A stretch of 64,000 nucleotides of DNA, taken from positions 58,156-122,155 of the forward strand of contig CALXJI010000004.1 in the NCBI GenBank assembly GCA_944388585.1, read 5' to 3'. The translations under genes were made by a program, and so were the position numbers. Shown here piece after piece: positions 18,481 to 28,363 of the stretch (positions are counted from its first letter, which is position 1; every line of letters starts with the position of its first letter). A model generated the notes under the pieces. It was not told the DNA's origin, made no database searches, and saw nothing but the letters and a program-made list of their open reading frames with translations. The stretch comes from an uncultured Clostridia bacterium. Lineage in GTDB: Bacteria; Bacillota; Clostridia; TANB77; CAG-465.

Positions 18481-19266
18481 ATATTGCTCATATAATATAA
18501 TTGATGTTGCTACACCAACGTTTAAAGATTCTATTTTCTCACTCATTGGTATTTTAACCACAAAGTCTGATATGTCTATAATTTCCTTTGATACTCCATT
18601 TGCCTCATTTCCCATAACAAATATATATTTGTTATTATAATCAATACTATCTATACTATTTTTTGTATTTAAACTTGTTGTAACAATTTTATATCCTATT
18701 TTTTTTAATAAATTAATTTCTTCTATATTTTCTAAATATATAATTTTTACATTTAATATTCCACCCATTGTAGCTCTTACAGCTTTAGGTGAGTAAACAT
18801 CAGCTGTTCCAGAAGTGCATAATATAGTATCTACATCAAAAGCATTACAACTTCTAATAATAGTTCCGATATTTCCAAGATCTTGAACTCTATCTAAAAG
18901 TACCATATTTTTATTATTTTTTTCTTTTTCTAAGCAATATTTAGGAATTCTTGCAACAGCTAAAATTCCTTGAGTATTTACTGTATCTGTCATATATTTA
19001 AAAACATTTTCTTCAAATTCCAAAACTTTGATATTTTTTAAACTATTTATTCTATTTAATAATGCTTGTCCACCATTGGTTGAAATTAACAAAGATTTAG
19101 AATAAGCGATAAACAAAATGTCTATCGCTTCATTTTTATCTAATATCTCATTTGTAACCTTTACACCTTCTAAATAAAAAGCATTATATTTTGTTCTATA
19201 TTTCTTTTCATTTAAACTTCTAATAAATTTAACATTATCATTAGACTTACTAACTATTAATTCCAT
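18460..19266 (-). CDS. TrmH/SpoU family RNA methyltransferase
   Basis: GNIGTIIRS, GNEANG, ESLNV SPOUT motifs. Confidence 0.9.
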   Translation of the reverse strand: MELIVSKSNDNVKFIRSLNEKKYRTKYNAFYLEGVKVTNEILDKNEAIDILFIAYSKSLLISTNGGQALLNRINSLKNIKVLEFEENVFKYMTDTVNTQGILAVARIPKYCLEKEKNNKNMVLLDRVQDLGNIGTIIRSCNAFDVDTILCTSGTADVYSPKAVRATMGGILNVKIIYLENIEEINLLKKIGYKIVTTSLNTKNSIDSIDYNNKYIFVMGNEANGVSKEIIDISDFVVKIPMSEKIESLNVGVATSIILYEQYKKTSRK

Positions 19267-19274
19267 GTTCTCTC

Positions 19275-20330
19275 CTATTGTTCTGTTGTAGTATCTGTTG
19301 ATGTATCATCAGTTGTTGTATCTGTTTCCTCTTCTGTTGCATAAGCATCAGGATCAATTTCCATTACAAAAGATTTTAATAATTCTTCATTAATATATAA
19401 GTTTTTTGTTTGAGCTATATCAGTAAATAATGAATTTGCATAAGCTGTCCTTTCTGTTGAATTATTTACTCTTCCATTTTCAGCTATACCATTTAATTTA
19501 ATAATATGATATCCATATGAACTTTCTACTAATTGAGGATATACTTCTCCTACTTTCATACTTTTTACTGCATTAGAGTATTCTTCAACTGTATTTCCAT
19601 CCATGTACATCTTATATTGTCCGCCATTTGAGGCAGTAGAATCATCTGAATTTTCTTGTGCTAATGTTGCAAAGTCTTCTCCATTTAATGCTCTAGCAAG
19701 TACAGCTTCAGCTTCAGTTTTTAAAGTTGCTTTTTCTTCATCATTCATTGTAGTATTATCTTCTTTTGTGAAAGAGAATAGTATATGTGATGTATCATAT
19801 TCATTCATATCAACTTCTTCTCCTTCATCAGCTTGTGATTTTATATAATTAGCTACATCATCTGCAGAAGCTTCATCAGCTAACTTTTGTATATAATCTT
19901 GTATTATATAATCGTTATAATATATTTTTCTCAACTCATCTATGTCAAATCCATAGCTTTTAAAATATTCTATATAAGATTCATCTTCAAAGATTGAATC
20001 TACTTCTGCTTTATTTTCATCTGTTAATGTAACACCAGCTGCTTTTGCATCTTCTAATATCATTTTATCTGTAGCTGCTTTTAATGCAATCTCATTTGGT
20101 ATATCGTTTTGATCATATCCATAGTATTGTAGATATGAAGAGAACATCTGATAATATATCTTGTACTCTGCCTTTGTTACTTTGCCACCATCAAATGTAG
20201 CAACTCCTTGGTTATCTTTTGCTACATAAACTCCTACAATAGCAAGTACTATTATTAGAAGACTGGCAAGTATTATTATTATAACACTATTCTCACTGCC
20301 GGATTTTAAACTTTTTGTTTTAATATTCAT
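19275..20330 (-). CDS. prsA: PrsA-like parvulin foldase
   Basis: TM anchor, SHIL, GEDFATLAQENS, YGYHIIK; follows mfd. Confidence 0.75.
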   Translation of the reverse strand: MNIKTKSLKSGSENSVIIIILASLLIIVLAIVGVYVAKDNQGVATFDGGKVTKAEYKIYYQMFSSYLQYYGYDQNDIPNEIALKAATDKMILEDAKAAGVTLTDENKAEVDSIFEDESYIEYFKSYGFDIDELRKIYYNDYIIQDYIQKLADEASADDVANYIKSQADEGEEVDMNEYDTSHILFSFTKEDNTTMNDEEKATLKTEAEAVLARALNGEDFATLAQENSDDSTASNGGQYKMYMDGNTVEEYSNAVKSMKVGEVYPQLVESSYGYHIIKLNGIAENGRVNNSTERTAYANSLFTDIAQTKNLYINEELLKSFVMEIDPDAYATEEETDTTTDDTSTDTTTEQ

Positions 20331-20334
20331 ATCT

Positions 20335-23300
20335 TTACCCCTTTTCTTTTATAGTATTTTCTAATTTACTAATCTCTAACTGTACACGGATAAGTATATC
20401 ATTATTGCTAGAGTTTGTCAATGCGATTTTTAAATTCATTGGTTCAATTTTAATTAGTCTATCTGTTGCTAATATTCTTGTAATTCCAAGCTTTCTAGCT
20501 TTATTTCTTATTTCGACAATTTTTATTAAATTTTCTGTTTCTTTAGGAATATCTCCAAATCTATCTAATAGTTCATCTACTACTTCCATAGATTCTTCCT
20601 CATTTTTTATATCTGATATTTTTTGATACATATCAATTTTTTGAATAGGATCTTTAATATACATATCACTAATATATGCAGACACATTTATATCTATTTT
20701 TACTTCTTTTGATATTTCTTCTTTACTTGTTTCATCTTTTCCTTCTTTTTCTTCTCTTATTGCTTTTTCAAGAAGTGCTAAATATAATTCATATCCAACC
20801 TTTGCCATATGACCATGTTGTTCTTTTCCAAGTAAATTTCCAGCACCTCTTATCTCTAAATCTCTTAATGCTATTTTAAATCCACTACCAAACTCTGTAA
20901 AATCTTTTATTGCCTTTAATCTTTTTTGAGATACTTCAGATAAAGCTTTGTTAGGCTCATATGTTATATACGCATAAGCAAGTCTATTTGATCTTCCCAC
21001 TCTTCCTCTTATTTGATAAAGCTGTGCAAGTCCTAACGTATCTGCATCCTCTACTACTAAAGTATTTGCATTAGGAACATCTATTCCAGATTCGAGGATT
21101 GTTGTACAAACTATAATATCTATTTCATGATTAATAAATTTAAGCATTACATCTTCTACCATATCTGGTGGCATTTGTCCATGAGCTACTCCAATTCTTG
21201 CTTCTGGCACCAAATTTTTAAGCTTTGCACTAATTTCATCTATTTTACTTACTCTATTATTTAAATATATTATTTGCCCATCTCTTAATAGCTCTTTTTC
21301 TATTGCCTCTTTAATAATATTATCATTATATTCAAGTACATAAGTATGAACAGGTAATCTCTCCATTGGAGGCTCAGTTAAAGTACTCATTCCTCTTATT
21401 CCAATCATTGACATATGTAATGTTCTTGGAATAGGTGTTGCTGTCATAGATAATACATCGACTGTCTCTTTTAATATTTTTATCTTCTCTTTATCCTTTA
21501 CTCCAAATCTATGTTCTTCATCTATGATTAAAAGCCCTAAATCTTTAAAAAATACGTCTTTAGATAATATTCTATGTGTACCTATTATAATATCTATTTT
21601 TCCATCTACCAAATCTTTTAAAATATCTGTCTGTTCTTTTTTAGTCTTAAATCTACTTAAAAACTCAACCTTAATACCAAAAGATTTCATTCTTGATTCA
21701 AACGTTCTATACTGCTGAAGTGCAAGTACTGTTGTTGGTACTAAGTATGCAACTTGTTTTGAATCCATTACTGCTTTAAATGCGGCTCTTAGTGCAAGCT
21801 CAGTCTTTCCATATCCAACATCACCACATAAAAGTCTATCCATAGGTTTGTCTGACTCCATATCTTCTTTTATTTCTTCTAATGAAGTCTTTTGATCTGG
21901 GGTAAGTTCATATTCAAATGAATCTTCAAACTCTCTTTGCCAAGGTGTATCCTCTCTAAAAGCATAACCCTTCATTTTCTCCCTTTTAGCATATAATAAC
22001 ATAAGCTCTTTTGCCATTTCTTTTACATGTGCTTTAACTTTAGTTTTTGTCTTTTCCCATTCTTTTGTACCAAGTGAATTTATTTTAGGCTTTGCTCCAT
22101 CATCACATACATATTTTCCAACACAATCTAATTGGTTAATAGGTACATACAAAACGCCTCTGTCTGCATACTCTATTTTTATGTAGTCTTTTTGTGTATC
22201 TTGTACTTTAACAGTCTCTACTCCTCTGTAAATACCAATACCATGATTTTCATGAACTACATAATCTCCAACTTGAAGATCTGCATAAGTATTTATTCTT
22301 TGACCTACACTACTCTTTTTTATTTTTTTTGTTGTAGTAGAAAGTCCACTAACCGGCTCTGCAATAACTAGTATTTCAAACTCATCCGAATAAAATCCTC
22401 CAGATAATATTCCCTTTGTTATATATACATGTCCACTATCTAAGTCATCACAAGACAATATATCTAAAATTTCTTCTACCTTTATATTATTATCCATAAG
22501 ATAATTTTTAACTTGATTATATCTTGTATCTGTAGGAAATACTAAAAGTACTGCTTTATCTTTTGCTCTTGATACATCTAAATTTAATACCTCCATAGAG
22601 CTTTTATAAAAGTTTGCTTCTTTTATGCTAAAGTTATATACTTTTCTATTTCTTAAAATAACTTTATCTATATTTATTCTTTCTAGATAAATGCTACACA
22701 TTCCATTTTCAAGTTTTGCTTCTACCTCTTCAAAAGATAAATATTTATTTACAAAAGGCATATATATATAATTTCTTTGAGCAAGTACTTTTATTGTTTC
22801 ATTATTTTCATAAGTTATACTACTTGCTTTTTCTTTGCATTTTGTTGGCTCATCAATAAAAATATTATATTCTTTTAAATAATCTAATAAATTTTCTGGT
22901 CTTTTAACGAGTAAATTAAAATATTTATCTACTAAATTATCTAAAGCTCCTTCTCTTATTTTTTCAATATCTGATTCTATATTTTGCTTTAGCTCTTCAT
23001 TTAAATTATCTTGTCTTAAAAAATTTTTTAACTCAGAAATTACAGCATTTATCTTATCTAAAGTCACATAATTTTCTGATACTTGAGACATATCTATCTT
23101 TTTTACTGTATCAATACTTCTTTGAGTTATTGGATCAAAAGTTCTTATACTATCTACTTCTTCTCCAAAAAATTCAATTCTAAATGGTAAATCATTATTT
23201 ATACAAAATAGATCTACTATTCCTCCTCTTATGGCAAATTGACCTTTTCCTTCTACATTTTCAGTTCTTTCAAATCCAAACTTAGATAACTTTTCTACAA

Positions 23301-23760
23301 GTTTATTCATAGAGATATTATCTCCAAGCTTTATACTAAACTCTTCTCCTTTATATTTAGTGTTTGGAAACATTTGAACAAGTAGTGCATCTATAGTAGT
23401 TACAACAATTATTTTTTTACCACTAAGTATTCTTTCTATTGCATACATTCTTTGATTAGAAATTTCTTTACTTTCTGCTTCTATATCATAATACTGTAAC
23501 GATCTTGGTGGTAAAAATACCACTTCAATTCCACTTGCATAAAATTTTAAATCTTTAATTATTTTATTTGCTTGAAATACATTACTACATACAATTATTG
23601 AATTTTTATTTGTATTTTGTGTAATTGCATAAAGCATCCAAGCCTTACTGCTATCAGTAAGGCCTACAATACTTAACTTTTCATCACTTTTTTTAATAAT
23701 TTGCTTTACAAGTGATGTATAATTACTACTATTTGCTAAAGTTTTAATAAGTGGATTCAT
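20335..23760 (-). CDS. mfd: Transcription-repair coupling factor
   Basis: CarD-like RID, GDVGYGKT, DEEHRFG, TRG motif DLEIRGAG. Confidence 0.97.
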   Translation of the reverse strand: MNPLIKTLANSSNYTSLVKQIIKKSDEKLSIVGLTDSSKAWMLYAITQNTNKNSIIVCSNVFQANKIIKDLKFYASGIEVVFLPPRSLQYYDIEAESKEISNQRMYAIERILSGKKIIVVTTIDALLVQMFPNTKYKGEEFSIKLGDNISMNKLVEKLSKFGFERTENVEGKGQFAIRGGIVDLFCINNDLPFRIEFFGEEVDSIRTFDPITQRSIDTVKKIDMSQVSENYVTLDKINAVISELKNFLRQDNLNEELKQNIESDIEKIREGALDNLVDKYFNLLVKRPENLLDYLKEYNIFIDEPTKCKEKASSITYENNETIKVLAQRNYIYMPFVNKYLSFEEVEAKLENGMCSIYLERINIDKVILRNRKVYNFSIKEANFYKSSMEVLNLDVSRAKDKAVLLVFPTDTRYNQVKNYLMDNNIKVEEILDILSCDDLDSGHVYITKGILSGGFYSDEFEILVIAEPVSGLSTTTKKIKKSSVGQRINTYADLQVGDYVVHENHGIGIYRGVETVKVQDTQKDYIKIEYADRGVLYVPINQLDCVGKYVCDDGAKPKINSLGTKEWEKTKTKVKAHVKEMAKELMLLYAKREKMKGYAFREDTPWQREFEDSFEYELTPDQKTSLEEIKEDMESDKPMDRLLCGDVGYGKTELALRAAFKAVMDSKQVAYLVPTTVLALQQYRTFESRMKSFGIKVEFLSRFKTKKEQTDILKDLVDGKIDIIIGTHRILSKDVFFKDLGLLIIDEEHRFGVKDKEKIKILKETVDVLSMTATPIPRTLHMSMIGIRGMSTLTEPPMERLPVHTYVLEYNDNIIKEAIEKELLRDGQIIYLNNRVSKIDEISAKLKNLVPEARIGVAHGQMPPDMVEDVMLKFINHEIDIIVCTTILESGIDVPNANTLVVEDADTLGLAQLYQIRGRVGRSNRLAYAYITYEPNKALSEVSQKRLKAIKDFTEFGSGFKIALRDLEIRGAGNLLGKEQHGHMAKVGYELYLALLEKAIREEKEGKDETSKEEISKEVKIDINVSAYISDMYIKDPIQKIDMYQKISDIKNEEESMEVVDELLDRFGDIPKETENLIKIVEIRNKARKLGITRILATDRLIKIEPMNLKIALTNSSNNDILIRVQLEISKLENTIKEKG

Positions 23761-25784
23761 TATTTATTCCCTTCTTTATTTATCATATCTAAAAACTCAT
23801 CTATTGTTACTACTCTTATTCCAAGAGTAATAGCTTTTTGAAGCTTAGAACCTGCTGCTTCCCCTGCTATTAATACACTTGTCTTTTTTGATACAGAAGT
23901 AGTAGCTTTTCCTGAATTTTCTTCAATCATCTTTACAATATCATCTCTTGAATAGCCATCAAAAGAACCTGTTACACATATATTCATATTTTCTAATACA
24001 TTAGATTTTCTTTGCTTCTTTTCTCCTTTAAGATTTACACCTGCATCATCTAATTTTTTTATTATCTCCATTGTTTTTGATTTATTAAAAAACTCATGAA
24101 CAGACTCTGCCATAATAAGTCCAAAATCCTCTAATTCATTCAAATCCTCTACACTTGCAGCTTTAATATCATAAATATCTTTAAAGTTTTCGCTTAATAT
24201 TTTAGATGCTCTTTTTCCGATATGTCTTATTCCAAGTCCAAATATTAATTTATCCAAAGAATTAGACTTTGTTTTTTCTATAGCATTAATTATATTTGAT
24301 GCAGATTTTTCCTTAAAGCCATCTAATCCATATATATCTTCATATTTTAAATAATATATGTCAGCTACATCTTTTAATAATCCTTTTTCAATTAAAGTAT
24401 CAACAATAGCTTCTCCCATACCAGATATATCCATGCAATCTCTTGATACAAAATGTGTAATACTTCTATAGATCTGAGCAGGGCACTCACTATTTGTACA
24501 CCTTAGTGCTACCTCTCCTTCTTCTTTTTCTAGAGTTTCCCCACATACTGGACATACATCTGGAATTTTAACTTCTCTTTGAGTTCCATCTCTTTTTTCT
24601 TTTAATACTCTATATACCTCTGGTATTACATCTCCTGCTTTTTGTATAACAACAGTATCTCCAATTTGTATATCTTTTTCTTTCATAAAATCAAAATTAT
24701 GAAGTGTTGTCTTAGATATAATACTTCCTGCAACTCTTACAGGCTCAAGTATTACTACAGGTGTTACCTGTCCTGTTCTTCCAACCTGAAAAATTATATC
24801 TAATACTTTAGTTTCTTTTTGTTCTGGTGGATATTTATATGCAACAGCCCATTTAGGTACCTTTATTGTTTGACCCATTTCTTGTCTTACCTGTAAATTA
24901 TTTACCTTTACAACTGCACCATCAATATCATATTCTAAAGAGTCTCTCATATCTCCTATTTTTTTTATAGCAGATATTACCTCATCTTTATTCTCACATA
25001 AAAATCTTAATTTTATTGTGTTCATTCCAACACTATCTAAATAATCTAAACTTTCATAATGAGTAGTAAATGATTTACCTTTTTGAACATTAAATATAAA
25101 TATACTTAAATTTCTTTTTTTTACAAGCTCACTATCTAATTGTCTTAGAGTACCTGCTGCTGCATTTCTTGGATTAGATAATTGTGGCTTATCTTTTAGT
25201 AATAGTTCTTCATTTATCTTTTCAAATTCTTTTCTTGGTAAAAATACCTCTCCTCTTACCTCTATAGTATCATTACTTTTAAGTCTATAGGGTATATCTT
25301 TTATTTGCATTATATTTTGAGTAACATCTTCTCCAACAAATCCGTCTCCACGTGTAGACCCCCTTTTAAGTACACCATTTTCGTATTCTAGGGACACAGA
25401 TAAACCATCTATTTTTGTTTCAACGCAAAAGTCAGTTCTATCTCCATACTCTTCTTTTACTTTATCTACAAATTCTTCTACTTCTTCTAGTGAGAATACA
25501 TCCTGCAAACTTTGCATTTGTACATCATGTGTTACTTGCGTAAATATGTTTTTAGTTTTTCCTCCAACCTTTTGTGTAGGAGAATTTTTAGTTATAAGCT
25601 CTGGATGTTCTTTTTCAATTTGTTTTAGCCTTTGTGTTAATTTATCATACTCATAATCTGATATTTCAGGACTGTCTTGTTCATAATATAATTTGTTATG
25701 ATACTCTATTTCTTTTCTTAATTTTTCTAGTTCCTTTTTTACATCATCTATATTACTATCAAAAAGATTAATTTGATCACTCAT
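23760..25784 (-). CDS. ligA: NAD-dependent DNA ligase
   Basis: KIDG, RGDG..GEDVT, zinc finger, HhH, BRCT. Confidence 0.97.
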   Translation of the reverse strand: MSDQINLFDSNIDDVKKELEKLRKEIEYHNKLYYEQDSPEISDYEYDKLTQRLKQIEKEHPELITKNSPTQKVGGKTKNIFTQVTHDVQMQSLQDVFSLEEVEEFVDKVKEEYGDRTDFCVETKIDGLSVSLEYENGVLKRGSTRGDGFVGEDVTQNIMQIKDIPYRLKSNDTIEVRGEVFLPRKEFEKINEELLLKDKPQLSNPRNAAAGTLRQLDSELVKKRNLSIFIFNVQKGKSFTTHYESLDYLDSVGMNTIKLRFLCENKDEVISAIKKIGDMRDSLEYDIDGAVVKVNNLQVRQEMGQTIKVPKWAVAYKYPPEQKETKVLDIIFQVGRTGQVTPVVILEPVRVAGSIISKTTLHNFDFMKEKDIQIGDTVVIQKAGDVIPEVYRVLKEKRDGTQREVKIPDVCPVCGETLEKEEGEVALRCTNSECPAQIYRSITHFVSRDCMDISGMGEAIVDTLIEKGLLKDVADIYYLKYEDIYGLDGFKEKSASNIINAIEKTKSNSLDKLIFGLGIRHIGKRASKILSENFKDIYDIKAASVEDLNELEDFGLIMAESVHEFFNKSKTMEIIKKLDDAGVNLKGEKKQRKSNVLENMNICVTGSFDGYSRDDIVKMIEENSGKATTSVSKKTSVLIAGEAAGSKLQKAITLGIRVVTIDEFLDMINKEGNK

Positions 25785-25927
25785 TTTTTTACACCTCTAA
25801 TATACGCACAGAAAACATAGAATATAGTTATTCTATGCTTTTATTATATACATTTTACTATAAATTATATATTATTTCAAGAAAAAATAATAAAGAGTAA
25901 AATAACAAATAAACAATATATTGTTTT

Positions 25928-26710
25928 CTATCCTAAAGCTATATCTAATATCATCATTAAAACAAATCCTATAGCTACCCCTATTATTCCAACATTACTA
26001 TGTTCTCCTGATTGTGAATCTGGTATCAATTCTTCTACTATAACATAAATCATTGCACCAGCTGCAAATGCAAGTAAGTATGGAAGTAATGATACAACTT
26101 GACTTGTTAAAAGTATTGTAAGAATAGCTCCTATTGGCTCAACAATTCCAGACAACGCACCATAAGCAAAAGATTTTACTTTACTCATTCCCTCACTTTT
26201 TAAAGGCATAGAAATTATCGCACCTTCAAGCAAATTTTGAATTGCAATACCAATAGAAAGTGCAAAAGCTGCAGCTAGTGTAATACCTGAATTTTGAGCA
26301 ATTGCTCCAGCTAGCACAACACCTACTGCCATTCCCTCTGGTATATTGTGTAATGTTACAGCTAATACTAACATTGTTACCTTTTTAAATTTACTTTCTA
26401 TTCCTTCTGGCTTTTTACTGCTTATATGTAAATGTGGAATAATAACATCTAACACAAGTAAAAAAATTATACCTAATGAAAATCCCACTGCTGCTGGAAA
26501 CCAACTAATTTTTCCTTGTTGTTGTGCCATATTTATTGAAGGAATAAGTAATGACCAAATTGAAGCTGCCATCATAACACCTGAGGCAAGACCAGTCAAA
26601 AATCTTTCAGTCTTGTTACTTATATTATTTTTCATAAAAAATACTAATGCTGCTCCAAATGCTGTACCTAAAAATGGTATTAGTACTCCTAGAAAAGTTC
26701 CCATTTCCAT
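25928..26710 (-). CDS. ZIP family metal transporter (ZupT/GufA-like)
   Basis: HNIPEG, PHLH, multiple TM helices. Confidence 0.9.
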   Translation of the reverse strand: MEMGTFLGVLIPFLGTAFGAALVFFMKNNISNKTERFLTGLASGVMMAASIWSLLIPSINMAQQQGKISWFPAAVGFSLGIIFLLVLDVIIPHLHISSKKPEGIESKFKKVTMLVLAVTLHNIPEGMAVGVVLAGAIAQNSGITLAAAFALSIGIAIQNLLEGAIISMPLKSEGMSKVKSFAYGALSGIVEPIGAILTILLTSQVVSLLPYLLAFAAGAMIYVIVEELIPDSQSGEHSNVGIIGVAIGFVLMMILDIALG

Positions 26711-26793
26711 TCCCCCTTACATATATAATTATACTCCAAAATGCAACAAAAAAATAGATAGTTAAAAACTACCTATTTACAATTAATTATTTC

Positions 26794-27438
26794 TTAATTT
26801 TCTACATCTATGTCTTCTTTAAATCTTAAGAAATAATCTACAAAAGACCATATTGTTGCTATTAAAGCAAATATTAAAGTTACACTCATTGCAACATTTA
26901 TTATAAGTTCAAGTATACTCATGTCTAAAGAGTTAGACATAAAGCTTCCTATTCCCATTGTTGGCATCATCGAATAACTTAATAGTGCAAATACTATTGA
27001 AAGCATTTGAAATAATGTTTTTATTTTTCCACTTAGTCCTGCAGATACATCCTTTTGATTATCTGATCCAAACATTCTTAAAGCATTTACAAAGAAATCT
27101 CTAAATACAATTATAGCAGTTATAAATGCTGGAACAATTCCAAGTCCTGTAAGCATTATAAATCCAGCTGATACAAGTAATTTATCTGCTAAAGGATCCA
27201 TAATCTTTCCAAATTTAGTAACTATTCCTTTGCCTCTAGATATTCTACCATCTAAAAAGTCTGTAAATGCAGCAATAGCAAATATTCCTAAAGCTACATA
27301 TCCCATATAATCGTATACAACTTCTATTTTTAAGAATTCAAAAAATTCCTTTGGAATACATAAAACTAAAATAAATATTGGTACTAATATAATTCTTAAC
27401 ATAGTTAACTTGTTAGGCAAGTTCATTTTACTAAGCAT
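26794..27438 (-). CDS. pgsA: CDP-diacylglycerol--glycerol-3-phosphate 3-phosphatidyltransferase
   Basis: MNLPNKLT, D..DG..SR...G..MDPLADK. Confidence 0.9.
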   Translation of the reverse strand: MLSKMNLPNKLTMLRIILVPIFILVLCIPKEFFEFLKIEVVYDYMGYVALGIFAIAAFTDFLDGRISRGKGIVTKFGKIMDPLADKLLVSAGFIMLTGLGIVPAFITAIIVFRDFFVNALRMFGSDNQKDVSAGLSGKIKTLFQMLSIVFALLSYSMMPTMGIGSFMSNSLDMSILELIINVAMSVTLIFALIATIWSFVDYFLRFKEDIDVEN

Positions 27439-27523
27439 GTTTATACCTCCTCTTTCACTTGTAAATTATAACAAACTAAAAATATATAGTCAATAATTTA
27501 CCTATATTTCACATTATTTTCAC

Positions 27524-28363
27524 TTAATTAAGTTCCACTATACAAGCCATAGTTGCATAGTCTTTTTTACCAGACTGTGTCGCTTTTCTATAAGAAAAAA
27601 AGTTATCACACTCACATCTGGTACAAATATTTGCTACGTGTATATTTTCTTCTTTTATGCCTATATTTTTTAATTCTGTCTTTAAAATTTCAATTAAATC
27701 AATATGAAATGTTTCTTTATCATCTTCATACGTTAAATATTTATCTTGATATTTAAAAACATTAGTAAACTTCTCCTTAAAGCTTTCCTCTTTGCTAGTA
27801 AAACAACACTTTCTAATAGATGGACCAATGCATACTATTAAATCTTCTACTTTACTATTATATTTTTCTTTCATAATATTTATTGCATTTATATATATTT
27901 TATTTATTACACCTTTCCATCCTGCATGAATATTTGCAACTATATTATTTTTTACATCATATATAATAATTGGATTACAGTCTGCTACTGTAACAAGAGG
28001 TGCTATGCCCTTGTCTTTTATAATATATCCATCAACTAAAGTAGTATTTAATTTTTCAAACTTATATTCATCCTTATTATTTTCATCTAAAATAATAACA
28101 TTATCTGTATGATCTTGTTTTCCCTTACAAATTTCATTAAAACCTATAGCCTTTTTTATAATTTCTACATTTTTAAGTACATTTTCTATTTTATCATTTC
28201 CAACTGTTCTAAAATTTAAGCTATTATATTCACCAGTACTTACACCACCATGTTTTAGAGTAATACAATTTTTAACATTATATTTATTTAGTACCTTAAA
28301 CTGAATATATTCTAAGCCCCCAGCTTTTACATGTAAAATTTCATCATCTTCATATTTATTCAT
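27524..28363 (-). CDS. pgeF: Polyphenol oxidase/PgeF (YfiH) family protein
   Basis: GGVS, ADCNP, HAGWKG, GPSI, FFSYR. Confidence 0.88.
   Translation of the reverse strand: MNKYEDDEILHVKAGGLEYIQFKVLNKYNVKNCITLKHGGVSTGEYNSLNFRTVGNDKIENVLKNVEIIKKAIGFNEICKGKQDHTDNVIILDENNKDEYKFEKLNTTLVDGYIIKDKGIAPLVTVADCNPIIIYDVKNNIVANIHAGWKGVINKIYINAINIMKEKYNSKVEDLIVCIGPSIRKCCFTSKEESFKEKFTNVFKYQDKYLTYEDDKETFHIDLIEILKTELKNIGIKEENIHVANICTRCECDNFFSYRKATQSGKKDYATMACIVELN

Noticed and set aside
19278-19340. Tandem-like repeats at the prsA 3' end
   Set aside because: They encode a low-complexity Thr/Asp/Glu tail, not a DNA repeat element.
25816-25837. Hairpin CATAGAATA/TATTCTATG upstream of ligA
   Set aside because: Cannot distinguish a distal terminator of the ZIP gene from an operator; no further support.
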